Of a stretch of DNA of 64,000 nt, positions 24,540 through 37,511 are shown in pieces. Every line of letters starts with the position of its first letter. Position 1 is the stretch's first letter. The DNA comes from Azolla caroliniana. Lineage: Eukaryota > Plantae > Polypodiophyta. Below the pieces are notes generated by a model that did not search any database, had not been told where the DNA came from, and saw only the letters and a program-made list of their open reading frames with translations. The stretch is from positions 18,538,001-18,602,000 of the forward strand of contig JBHGNT010000010.1 of assembly GCA_043228905.1 (NCBI GenBank), in the 5' to 3' direction. The position numbers were made by a program, and so were the translations under genes.

Positions 24540-25518
24540 ACGTGATGGCATTGTGTTGATCCAGGAAAGATAAAGGCCATCATCGAGGCCGAGACCCCAA
24601 AGAACGCGAAGGCCCTAAGTCGTTTTCTAGGACAGATCCATTGGCATAGTCGGATGTTGCGTTATTTAGCAGACTTTGCGACACCTTTGCATGCGGTGGT
24701 GCACCAAAAACCATTCAGTTGAACCGAGACAAAGGACAAGGCGTACATGGCATTAAAAGTCATGCTCACTCAAACACTAGTCGTACAACCGCCGGATTGG
24801 ACATGACCGTTCCACATGTTTGTGGACGTGTTAGACATAGCGATTGGCAACACATTGATGCAACTAGCCGAACCGAATTGGTATCGGCCAGTTTATTACT
24901 CAGGTCGAAAGCTTTTGGTCGCCAAACGCAATCACTCCATGATAGAGCGCGAAGCCTTACATATGATATATAACATCAATCAATTTCGTCACTACCTCCT
25001 GGACCGTAAGTTCTTCTTCCAAGTCGATCACACGACACTCCTATATCTAGTATCAAAGCAATCCCTTACCAGTAAGCTAGCGCGTTGGATGTTGTTATTA
25101 CAGGAATTAGAATTCAAGATCCAGCATAGACCAGGTGTCTAGCATGCGATTGCCGATTATCTAAGCCACATCGAAAATAAAGAAAATGTCGTCAAAGGGG
25201 ATGAGGACTTCTTGGATAACGGAATTCTACGCATTTCGGCAAGCGAAGCCAAAACTGACAAGTCTTCACCATAGGACAAATGGCTTGAGGATATTCAAGT
25301 CATTTCCTGAGCATAGGCCTACCATCCCCAAGGATGCGAACGGATGAGAAGAAGAGATTGGTGGTTCAAAGTCGTAATTTTTGCTTATTATAAGGTACCC
25401 TGTATCATAAGGAAAGTGACAGAACTTGACGAAGGTGTGTTCAAAATGATGAGAAGGACATTGTGTTACGAGAAGCACACTGTGGAATAGCCGGGGGTCA
25501 TTACGCGGGCGACACTAT

Positions 25519-26142
25519 TGTTAAGGATCTATGTATCGATGGAGTAAGCTCCTCGATATCGTGGCGGGATTCGGACTGGCGTATACCCTCTTGATGGCGA
25601 ATCGGGCGGAGATGGTTGTCGGATACCTCCGAGCCTCACACTCGCTCAATGATTAGTAAATGATTAAGCATGATATCTCTCTCACTCTCTCAAGCTCTCT
25701 CTCATAGACAATAGATTAATAGATATAGACAATAGATTAATAGATATAGACAATAGATTAATAGATATAGACAATAAGAAGCAAGAGTATGTCTATTATT
25801 AACCCTCTTTGCTAAGAGGTCTAGCACCAACAAGGAGAGAGATTAGTGTTCTCTAACTCAACACTTCACTAATCTCTCTTAAGCTCAAAGGTTACAAGAA
25901 GGAGGAAAGGAAGCTCTAGCTCTAATCAATAGGAGATCTTTACAAATGGGAGAACCCCCACAAAGCCACTACTATGTGGTTTATATAGCTTTCACGTTTA
26001 GGGTATGGGCCTTTCACACTCCGATGTCCTTTATCCCTCTTTCCTCTTGTCATTCCCTCTTCGTAGGTCCTTTAACCATACTGTGTCCTTGTTGATGCGC
26101 TCTTCTTCACAACTGGTCGTGGTGTTATCCAAGGGCTTAACA
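25519..26142 (-). repeat. Element C 3' LTR (624 bp)
   Basis: TGTTAAG..CTTAACA; direct repeat of 43952-44533. Confidence 0.93.
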
Positions 26143-27384
26143 TCCCCCCCAACCTAATGAGTGCACACTCCCAGGTGCACTATGGGAGGGGAGCTTTGAG
26201 TGGTAGTTCTTTGGGGCATTCAGACCCTTAGTTGCCAAGTCCGGTCGGGGCCTATGGCCTTAACCTGGGCGGGGTATTTGGTCAATGTGCGCAGTTGCCG
26301 GGTGTCCCGTGCAGTCGTGGTATAGTCGTGGGTGGGAAGCCGGCTTTGTTTCGGGACCCAGAAGCTAGTGGCACCTTTGTGCCAACCTTGGGCATTTGTG
26401 AGTGCTTTTCTGACTCACCAAATAGCACGTTCTCCACGGCGTGGTCCTTCGGTGAAAGTTGCGTGGACGTTCACTGTTAGGTACACATAACGTTGGTGAG
26501 GGTAGGTCACTAATATTTACATTAGTGAAGGGTATGTTCACTATTATTAAAAAGGGGACTAATGATTGGATAGAATGAATGATATGTGCATGCACTATCA
26601 TGATTTAGACAACCAATGAATAAAGAGCCTTTTAGAAAGGCACATCTATTCAAGGGGCCTAGGAAAAGGTATAAATATGAGGCTTAGCTACCCTCATAGG
26701 GATCATCACATCGGAAGGCTGCTGTCGTAGACACCGGTGGTGCGGGCTAGGCTTTCGTCTCGACGATCGTGTTTATCTCTTCCAAGGTATTAGTCATCCT
26801 AATATCCGGCGGTATGGGACGTCGGTGGTAGGTTGGCTATGTCTAGATCATAGCTCGGGGGTGGTCGGGTGGAACTGGTTCTTCTATCCAATCTATTTTC
26901 TTCCTTTTTACTTGATTTGGTCTATTGATTAGTAATAGACTCTTAACAGTGGTATCAGAGCTTTTACTAACAATTTTTTTGTTGTTTTGATGTTTTTTGC
27001 GTGTGAGCGAGGGGGATCTAACAAGGCTCGTCATGCTCTTCTCAGGATCAAAACAACACTCTAAACCCGGTATTCTTCTTTTTTGATCTCTTCTCTTTTT
27101 CTATTATGCGTTCTTTATGGTCGAATCAAATTGGTATTACGTTTTATTCTCTTTCTTTCTACCTCCTACTACGCTACGATTTTACTTATTGTTATGCATC
27201 GGGCCGAGCGTGTTTCACTAATCGCACACGCTCAACTCATGGCCTTTTGCATATTGCGATATATATCCCACTCTCTCCTCTCTTGAACTCTTACGATAAT
27301 AATTATTCTTGTGCATTGGGTCGAGCGTGTTTGCTCTAATCGCACACGCTTATCTCATGGCCGTTTTGCATATGATGTTGAGTA

Positions 27385-27715
27385 TACCACTCTTCCCCTC
27401 TATTGAGCCATCACTTGGCCGATTCTAAGGGATGATGTGGCCTTGACGAGGTGTATGTTGCCTACCTATGCCACTCTACTCTCTATTAAGCCATCAATTG
27501 GCCGATTCTATGGGATGTTGTGGCCTTGACAAGGTATATGTAGCTTACATATGCCACTTTCCTTTTTAATTAGCCATCAATTGGCCGATTCTAAGGGATG
27601 TTGTGGCCTTGACGAGGTATATGTCACTTACCTATGCCACTTTCCTCTTTAATTAGCCATTACTTGGCCGATTCTAGGGATATGTGGTGGTCTTGAGGAG
27701 GTGCATGTCAACTAC
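27385..27715 (+). repeat. About four copies of an 83-bp tandem repeat in the chromovirus 5' leader
   Basis: AGCCAT..TTGGCCGATTCTA recurs at 27406, 27489, 27572, 27655. Confidence 0.88.
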
Positions 27716-28699
27716 CCTAGGGTTTCGTATCTTAGGGCATGTTTGATTCCATACACCTAATTGTTGATTATTCTAATTAAATTTTAATTTCATAAGTATT
27801 GTTTCACTTATATGATTTTCTAGTAATTATTATTTACCCGCCCACAATTAACTCTCCTTTTTTCACTTCCTTTTCATGTATAAAGTATTTACATCGTTTA
27901 TTTTAATGTAACCTTTACGTGTAGACTATTTTTTCGTATGGAGTGGCTTGTTGAACGATTTTTTTTTTCAACGGGTCATCTAGGTTTAACTCTTATCATC
28001 AAGCCTTAGAAAACGAGTAAAACCATATGAGTTCCCTTATTGATGTTTTACTCATGGATTTGAGTATTACATCTTTGCGCACAACACCGTCATCACTTGT
28101 ATCAATTTGTGGCTTATGTCACAATTGTGCAAGTTATAACAATCATATTGGGATGTATATGTGCATACCTTGCACTTCCCATTTATTTGTGACATTGTTT
28201 TTTTCGTAGGTAACACATGGGTTCTTTTTTTACCCTTGTTTTCGTCACTACTTAACTCTTATGAGTAGTGCCTTATTTTATCATTTTATCATCACGTTTG
28301 CTTATTGCTCGCAAGACTAGAATATTACTTGTGAGTGCACTTGTTTTTTCACGTAATACACTTTCTCGACCATATAATACATGATGGGTTGGCATTAATA
28401 TAAGGCTATCTAGGAAATTTCATTGATGTAAGAACCATGGTTGAGCCTTGGGGAGCCGCCATGATTACTCAAGATAGAGATCCGAGAAATACATCTTAGC
28501 TATGTTTTCCCCCATGGTTTTTAAAACACCATAGTGTTACCATAGTTATCGGATCTCGAATCACATCTCATATGTCTAGAGGGGTAAAGACATGAGATAC
28601 TTTCTTGGATAAAGTTCTTTCAATCAAAATTTCAAGCATTCATTTTGCTTGTGTATTTTCTGAACCTCCTTATTTTATTGCATACCCACAACGTGCATC

Positions 28700-31600
28700 A
28701 TGGAACAAGTTTTGAACGCAGTTGGAACGATCTCTCCAAATGAGACCTCTCAACCCCAATCCGCATCTCGCACACAAGCTGAGATCACTATTGAGCAATT
28801 GCTCACTACTACCTTGAATCAATTGGCCGAAATGAGACAGGCCAATATGGCATTGGAAAAGAAATTCCAAGAATTAACTATTGAGTCCAAGAAAGAAGGT
28901 GAACCTTCCTTCGTAGTCACGCCTTTCAAGGGAGATAAGAAAGAAAGAACTGAGGAGGCCATTAGCACTTGGCTTGGTCGTTGGGAGTCTCACTTTGAGC
29001 TTCATCCCAAGCCCGATGCAGTAAAAATTGGTTATGTCGGTCGTGAGTTAGGTGGCCGAGCTGCTGCTTGGTGGCGTGGCCTAAGGACCACAAAAAACTT
29101 ACCCACAACTTGGGAAGGTTTCGTTGATGTTTTTAAGAAACAATTCTTGCAGCCACCTTCTCAAACCGAACAAGCGCAACACTTGCTCACATTGTCTAGT
29201 AAGCCATTTACCTCTCTCGAGGATTATGTGCATCACGCACGGACCCAGATCCAAAAATCGGGACTTACGGGTGAGAAATGGTTTGTCGCTTGTTTTTTGA
29301 ATGGTATTCCCAATGGGGATTCGTTGATGTTTTTAAGAAACAATTCTTGCAGCCACCTTCTCAAACCGAACAAGCGCAACACTTGCTCACATTGTCTAGT
29401 AAGCCATTTACCTCTCTCGAGGATTATGTGCATCACGCACGGACCCAGATCCAAAAATCGGGACTTACGGGTGAGAAATGGTTTGTCGCTTGTTTTTTGA
29501 ATGGTATTCCCAATGGGGATTATCATTGGATTGTCCATGACAAGGACCCCACAACTTTCGAGGAAGCCGTCAACATTGTGTTGCGATACCATAGGACTTC
29601 CAAGAAAGACCACAATAAACCTGAGTTCGCCAAAACTCCGAATGTCAAGTTCATTGGGAAACGTAAGCAATCCAGTGACACTCTTGACCGCGACTCAAAG
29701 AAACCGAACCTCTTCTGTGCATATTGCAAGAAGCGGGGCCACACAAAGGATACCTGTCGTCGTCTTGAGAGGAAGTCAATGAACACCCCTCCTCAAGACA
29801 AATCTACGAGTCACACAGGTGAGTCTTTTGATATTGTTGAAGTTCATACCAATCACTTAAGTTTATGTGAATGCACTTTTCCTTCACATTTACTTGGACC
29901 TAATGATTTACTCCGAGCAGTCGGATATATCAATGGAACACAAGCACATTTCTTGTTTGATTCCGGTAGTTCTCACAATTTTCTTAATGATCACTTTGTG
30001 CAGCAAATGGAGCTCCACATAAACGCAAGTGATCATATCTATCAAGTTCACATGGCAAATGGAAACGTTCAATACATCAGTGGCATTGTTTGTCAACTGC
30101 CAATTCAAATAGATACTTATTTGGAGAAGCTTGACTTTCATGTTATGAAATTACAATCCACAGATGTCATTTTAGGATATCCTTGGTTTTTTAATAAAAA
30201 CCCTTCTTTGTCCATTGATTGGGTTAATCACTCAATCACATTTGAACTTAATAATTGTAAACATTTTATTCAATGTTCCAAACTTCCTTCGCATTCACTT
30301 GTGTCTTCTAAATCTTTAAGTGAGTATTCTAGTTCATTAATTTATTCGTGTGTAATTGATCCTGCGGTTCAATTTTATTATTTTAATATTGACGCCACAC
30401 AATTACCACATTTTGAGCAACGATTACTCGACTCTATTTTAGAGGATTTTCAAGATGTGTTTCCTACTGAATTACCGCTTACTTTACCACCTAAACGTAA
30501 TGTGGACCATCAAATTGAACTCATCCCTGGGGCTGCTCCTGTGAGCATTCCACCTTACCGACTTAGTCGATTAGAAGAGGATGAGATCGCTAAACAACTT
30601 AAGGAATACTTGAGTATGGGCCACATTAGGTATAGTAAATCACCTTGGGGTGCGCCAGTTCTATTAGTCAAGAAGAAGGAAGGTTCGTGGCGAATGTGTA
30701 TCAATTATCGCCGTTTGAATAAAATGACAATTAAGAATGCATATCCATTACCTCGTGCCGATGATTTGATTGATCGTTTGCACGGGGCTCGATATTTTAC
30801 GAAAATTGATTTACGAACTGGTTATCATCAGATTCGCATCGCCGAGGATGATATTCCTAAAACCGCTTTTCGTATGCGCTATGGCCATTATGAGTTTTTA
30901 GTCATGCCGTTTGGGTTGACTAATGCTCCAGCCACATTCCAACAAGCGATGAATGATGTTTTCCGAGATCAACTCGGTGATTTTGTTGTCGTCTTCTTGG
31001 ATGATATTTTGATATATAGCCGTACCTTGCAAGATCATGTTCAACATGTTCGATTTGTTTTGCGAAAGTTGCGTGACAACTCTTTCTATGCAAAACATTC
31101 AAAATGTGACTTCTTCCAAAAATCTATTGTGTACCTAGGTCATTTAATTACAGAAAATGGCGTTGAAATTGAACCTTCTCGTATTGAAAAGGTTAAACTT
31201 TGGCCCATTCCTCGTAATATTCGTGAACTTAGATCATTCTTAGGGTTTGTTGGATTTTTACGAAAATCAATTCGTAACTATTCCAAATTGACTACGCCAT
31301 TAACTGACCTTTTAAAAGGTCATCCACGTAAGTCTGTCAAACCAATTTCATGGAATGAACAACTTAACAAATCATTTGAGACACTCAAGGAGCATGTGTG
31401 TCAGGCTCCCACTCTTCTATTACCAGACCCTTCTAAGCCTTTCTCAATTGAAACCGATGCTAGTGATTATGCTATTGGTGCCGTTCTTTATCAAGGTGGT
31501 CACCCTATTGCTTTTGAAAGTAAGAAGCTTGATGCTGCTCAATCTCGGTATTCGGTTCAAGAGAAAGAGTTGTTTGCGGTGATACACGCACTTAAAACAT

Positions 31601-33303
31601 GGAGGCACTATCTCTATGGAAATAAATTTGTGGTTACAACAGACCATCAATCATTAAAGTATTTTTGTGACCAGCCCGATCTTGTTGGTCGTAAAGGCCG
31701 TTGGGCTGACCTTATGCAAGATTTTGATTTTTCCATACGCTATCGCAAGGGTTCTATGAACACCGTTGCTGATGCTCTTAGTCGCATTAAAGAAGTTAAC
31801 ATGCTTAGCTTCACGGAAATAAAATCTGATCTTTTAGATCACCTTCGAGGGAAATACCTTGATGACAGTTATTTCTCAAAATACTGGACGAAAGTCGAAT
31901 CTGGTTTAGATGCCGATACTAGCACCCTACCCTCGAAGGCGACCTTTCACATTACAAACGGTTTGCTCTACCGTAGTGGGAAGGTCTGTGTTCCATATTT
32001 ACCAAATGTTAAACAGAAAATTTTTCATGAATGTCATGATGCACCATCTGCTGGTCATCCTGGAATACAACGCACACTCGTTCTCATCTCGTGTACTTTT
32101 TTCTGGCCTAAGATGCGCTCTGACGTGCATAAATACGTAACTCAATGCTTACAATGTCAGATTAATAAGTCGGAACGACTTAAAGCTGCTGGTCTTTTAC
32201 ATCCCTTAGATATTCCCAACAATAAATGGGAAAGTATCTCGATGGATTTTATTGTTAGTTTACCTCGTACACAGAGGGGTCATGATGCCATATGGGTTGT
32301 CGTTGACAGGCTAACAAAATTAGCTAGATTTATTCCTACAAAAACCACGGTAACCGCTCAACAGTTGGCTTATCAATTTGTTGATGAGTTATTTCGTTTT
32401 TATGGATTACCGATGGATATTGTTAGTGATCGAGATTCCAAGTTTACTAGTGACTTTTGGACTCAGGTCTTTAAGAAACTAGAAACTACGTTGAGCATGA
32501 GTTCCGCAGATCATCCTCAGTCTGATGGACAAACTGAACGAGTTAATCAAATTATTGAGGACATGCTTCGAGCTTATGTAGCAAAAACCCTTTCTAAGTG
32601 GGAGCAATACCTTCCTATCTTAGAATTTGCCTATAATAGCTCTAAACATACATCCACTGGATATAGTCCTTTTATGTTGATGTATGGTTTTCAGCCACGT
32701 GCCCCAGTTGATGTCACGATTCATCGTGATACATTAGACAGTACACGCAATTTTTTGCAAGACATGAACCAAATGTTGCATATTGCCAAAGAAAATGTCA
32801 AGACAGCTCAAGATCGTGCTCGATTTTATGCTGATCAGGATAGACGTCCTCGTGCATTTACTATTGGTCAAAAAGTTTTTTTGCGTGTCCCGACTGATTC
32901 TACGTCATTATCTACGGGCAAGTGCGCTAAGTTAGCCCCACGATATTGTGGCCCATTTGAAATCCTTAAGCGAGTTGGGTCATCTGCTTATCACCTTGCC
33001 TTACCTCGTAACGTTGGTATTCATCCTGTTTTTCACGTCAGTCGTCTAAAACCATTTTTAGGCTCTGGTGATAACACCATCACAATCCAAGATCTTGTAA
33101 CATTAGAGGATTTTTCTTACAAACCTCATGTTCCTGAACGAATTCTTGATTCTCGTACTAAACGTTTACGTTCTAAAGAGATTCGGCTATTCAAGATCAA
33201 ATGGATGGATAAACCTATTGATGATGCCACATGGGAACGCGAGCATTCGCTTAAGGCACAATTTCCTCACTTTATATTGCAAGAGTGCAATCTTTTGAAG
33301 TAG
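28700..33303 (+). pseudogene. pol: Chromovirus gag-pol (Gag, PR, RT, RNase H, INT, chromodomain) frameshifted by a 200-bp tandem duplication
   Basis: CAYCKKRGHTKDTC, LFDSGSSHNF, MPFGLTNAP, FLDDILIY, ETDASDYAIG, HPQSDGQTE, GPF..HPVFHVS, PERILD..IKW..DATWE. Removing one 200-bp copy leaves 4404 bp = 1468 codons. Confidence 0.94.
29121..29520 (+). repeat. Exact 200-bp tandem duplication in gag
   Basis: 29121-29320 equals 29321-29520. Confidence 0.95.
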
Positions 33304-35800
33304 GGGAGTATGTTATGTACACATAACATTGGTGAGGGTAGGTCACTAATATTTACATTAGTGAAGGGTATGTTCACTATTATTAAAAAGGGGACTAATG
33401 ATTGGATAGAATGAATGATATGTGCATGCACTATCATGATTTAGACAACCAATGAATAAAGAGCCTTTTAGAAAGGCACATCTATTCAAGGGGCCTAGGA
33501 AAAGGTATAAATATGAGGCTTAGCTACCCTCATAGGGATCATCACGTCGGAAGGCTGCTGTCGTAGACACCGGTGGTGCGGGCTAGGCTTTCGTCTCGAC
33601 GATCGTGTTTATCTCTTCCAAGGTATTAGTCATCCTAATATCCGGCAGTATGGGACGTCGGTGGTAGGTTGGCTATGTCTAGATCATAGCTCGGGGGTGG
33701 TCGGGTGGAACGGGTTCTTCTATCCAATCTATTTTCTTCCTTTTTACTTGATTTGGTCTATTGATTAGTAATAGACTCTTAACATTCACCCATTTGCGTG
33801 GCGGAGATGTCTTTGTTCCGATGTTAGCATTTCTCTGGCCGTGGGTGGCCGGTGGTTGTGCGCGTTCTTTTTGGTTGGGTGGGTTTGCACTCTCGAGTTT
33901 GTCGACATCGGTGGGGCGTGATTCGAGACTCGTTGTTGTAACAAGTTTCTCGGACCTCACACCATTTGCAGTTTGGAAGGAGACGATGTTCTTGCTTGGC
34001 GACAGGAAACATTCGCTTATGTGACACCAATCCAAACCGAGGAGGCATGGGGTGTACAACACTTTTGGTGGGAGGACCCAAACGCAAATTGAGTGGTCAC
34101 TATATTTTGTCTTGATGTTAGACACGAAGGTTCTGAGGCAGGGCGATGTAGAACAATCGAAGCCAAGGAATTTGTCGTTGCATACTTCGAGGTTTGGGGA
34201 ACCTAGATGTTCCCACGTTTCAAAGGAGAAAAGGGTTAGTGATGCTCTAGTGTTGATCACCGTTGTTAGAGGTACACTGTCGGCGAAGCATGGTAGGTGT
34301 GTCGTCACGTCAATAGAGGTGCGTTGTGGTCTCTTACAAGCCACCGCCCTACTCCCTTGTTCATAGAGTTTGAATTATTCTGGGAAGTCCACCTCTGTCG
34401 AGGTTTGCCGAGTGGTCACATCCTCTTCCTGGCGTGTGATTCGTTGCACTAGGCCTGCGTCTCTTACGTCTGCCTGTTTTCGTCGGGTTACGAGAGTGGT
34501 GACATTAAAACAAGAGATCGTGTCTCCATCCTCATCGCGACACTTTGTACCAATAGGGTACATTGCATCAGTCGTGGCGAGGGCGTGCACCCAATTCATC
34601 TCTGACGCATCGGAGGCTACGTATTGATCCTCTCTTTCTCATGCGTTCTCCGCCTTAGGATTAGTGGATTTTTGAGGAAACGGTTGATCGCTAGCCAAGA
34701 TTTGGACTGTCTTTGTAGGGTTACACGCTAGGAGGTTAGTCTCGAACTCGGTGGTTTCTGACCAGTCGTCCACGAGAGGGTTGCCTTCTTGTTCATGCAC
34801 CTTTTGTGTGTATGCTTTGATGTGGAAGGTTTTGTTGTTTTTGTGCATGTAGATTGTATCATTCCCAAAATCCATGACGAGGTGGCTTACACATAGGAAT
34901 GGTCTCCCTAGTAAACACTCGTAAGCCACATGATTGGATGATCTTGTGATGACGAAGGTGAGATTGAACTTGACCCCGTGGATAGACCCATCTGCCATTC
35001 GGAGTTTGATGTTCGAAGGAAACATGTTTGGGCTCCCCCACTTACACCAACCTTCGTAGCTGACTATGCTTACCCCCGCTCCAGTGTCGATGATTGCGTC
35101 ACACGTCGTGCCGTTGACACAAACGGGGAGAGTGAAACTAGTGTCGTCGCTCTCAAAGTGAGCTTCACATATATCGATCGGCGTTCCTTGGGGTTGTTTG
35201 GAGATTGTGGTCGTATGAGGGATGAGTGTGTGTATCTTTTCTCCATAACCCGCTGACAGGTCTCCATTGAGGCGCCGATGGACGTCGTGCCATGGTTGGA
35301 TGTCGAGTTGGAGCAGCTCTTCAAGTGTGAACTCTATTTCCTTGGCGAGTATAGGTTGTAGTTGGGGGTTGTCAGTCACGAATGTGCCGGTGTAGCTTTG
35401 TACTTCGCATAATGTGAGTCGTAATTTCAAATTTAATATTTGTTGGAGCAAGACTGTGTTGACTTCTTTGATTGGGGTAGATTGGGAGATGGGAGTGTCG
35501 GTTGGTGTTACGACGAGGGGGGGTGTACCCGTGTGTTGGGGTGCCGGATTTAGCCATTCTTCGAGTTGGTCGAAGTTTAGGCTCGAAAGACTAAGCGATC
35601 TTTTGCACTATTCGTGTCGAATAAGTTTGATGTACTCTTCGACCTTTTGTTTTTCAACTATTGGGTTTGGGTATGCTGCTAGGTGTGCCGGTAGCTCTTG
35701 GTTAGGGTTGACAGGTATTGTTTCTACGTCTCCCTCCGATTCTTATTCTTGATTTGAGGGCTGCGTGGATGCATTTTTTTTGGATTTTCGTCTCTTACGC

Positions 35801-37511
35801 TATCGTGAAGATTTTCAGCAATGGCGTGAAAATCACATAAAACGTACAAAATCGAGTATGAATCACATAAAACAATAATAGTGAAGTATCTAAGTACAAA
35901 ATGATGGAGGTCTTCAAGAGCTTTCGAATGCACTTTATTACACGAGAAACGAACAACTAGATGTCAAGATATGAGGGTATAAAGTTTGTGAAAGGAAAAG
36001 AGAAAACTGTGAGATATCCCACATAGGCACGACAAATACGGCTCTCATCATATATAACGTAGAGCAAAAGCTATTATCTTTGTGTCTATGTGTGGAGCAT
36101 AGAGAGTTCAAGGTAACTTGAACTAAGAGTGGAGGTGGCCTAGCTACTCGTAAAGGGTTTTGGCCAACCAAAACCGGACGGTGGCACACCAGTGTCGGGT
36201 CGTTACTCGCGTACGTGTAGAAAGGGGCGGGACCACGGGGGTCTTGGACCGAGGAGCGAGAGAGAGAGATTCACCGACACGTAGAAGCGAGAAAGAGAGG
36301 TATAGAACGTAACTCTTAATTATAAAGACAGAGATTACAAACTCCGACAGTTACAACCGACAAAGCGGCGACGGACCCGACACGGGGACCCTACTCATGC
36401 ACACCAACAACAGTCACACGACTCAAAGAAACAAAAGGGGAAAGGGAGCGACTCTGTTGGAAGCACACGAGCTGTCCACGAAGCAGAGACAGCGACCTCC
36501 CGACACCCGCAGAGAGCGACGATTCGAGTCGAAGAGAGAGAGCTCCGCCTTCCGTTCTGCAGCAACGCTTCTCCTCCTCCTCGCGCGCGATCCCCATTTT
36601 CCCCTTGTCCTCTTCCCTTTATTCCATGTCCCTCTCCCCGAGATACGCACAATCCCCCCCTAATAAAGGCGTGCGGCTTAGTATTTACACCCACCGGTTC
36701 GTGTACAAAATGTCAAGTCACGTGTCCATCCGTGTAAGGGCCGGTTTACGCGCTTTCTCTCTGATTCCGCCTATGGCCGGTTTTCTTTACGACACCGGCA
36801 ACCGGCGGCATCTAGCGACGACGAGGTGATGGCATCCGGCAGCCACCGGTAATCGGCGAGGTGGCGACATCCGGCGCCGGTGAGACGACGACATCCGGCG
36901 AACCGGCGTCCAACGACTAGATAAATAAATATAGAAATATATATACACACACACATATATATATACATATACAAGGAATGCAAGTAAGAAATTGAACCTT
37001 GCACCTCCAAGTTAGGAGTCAATTAGCTTACCACTAAGCCATGACATTTAGTTGAATTTATATTTCTATCATTGTACTTTTACATGTAAATTCTCATACA
37101 TGAGAGCTAAAACGAGTAACATGGTTATCATGCACCACATGTAATACATGAGCGCCAAATGGCAAACATGCATTTTATGCATGTCTTGTACCCTCACATG
37201 CATCATATGCATGAGAGCATCTATAAAAGAAGGGATGAAAAAGACGAAGGGTTAGGTTTTTTTTTGTTATGAAATTAATAAGAAGAAAATTCGTTGTCAA
37301 ATTGATCGTGTAACTTGTTTCTTAAATCTAAAGATAAAATTTCAATCAATCTCTCTCAATCGAAAGTCAAGCGTTTAATCTCAACTTCTCTCTTTCCCAA
37401 TCTATCTTAAATACTTCCTCACTAAAGCTTGTACCGACTTTGAATCCTTCCGGTCCAGAACCCCGGCGGTTTGGCCTCGCGATCCGTGCCTAGTGACAGA
37501 TCTTCACGACA
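35801..37511 (+). mobile_element. Solo LTR (~1.1 kb net) of the Trp-primed group, 4-bp TSD ACGC
   Basis: Termini TATCGTGAAGAT / ATCTTCACGACA (12-bp inverted repeat, one G>A); ACGC at 35797-35800 and 37512-37515; removal restores element C frame (PTTTR|KRRKSK). Confidence 0.87.
36193..36794 (-). mobile_element. Solo LTR (602 bp) of the Trp-primed group nested in the previous solo LTR, TSD CCAG/CCGG
   Basis: TGTCG..CGACA; on the minus strand begins TGTCGTAAAGAAAACCG like LTR 51892 and shares the U5 motif CCAAGACCCC.GTGGTCCCGCC. Confidence 0.85.

Larger units (their letters stand above)
26475..33784 (+). mobile_element. Chromovirus-type Ty3/Gypsy element, full length, TSD TTCAC
   Basis: 474-bp LTRs 26475-26948 and 33311-33784 (about 5 differences by eye); TSD 26470-26474 / 33785-33789; Met PBS 26950-26961; PPT AAGTAGGGGAG. 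Confidence 0.97.
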
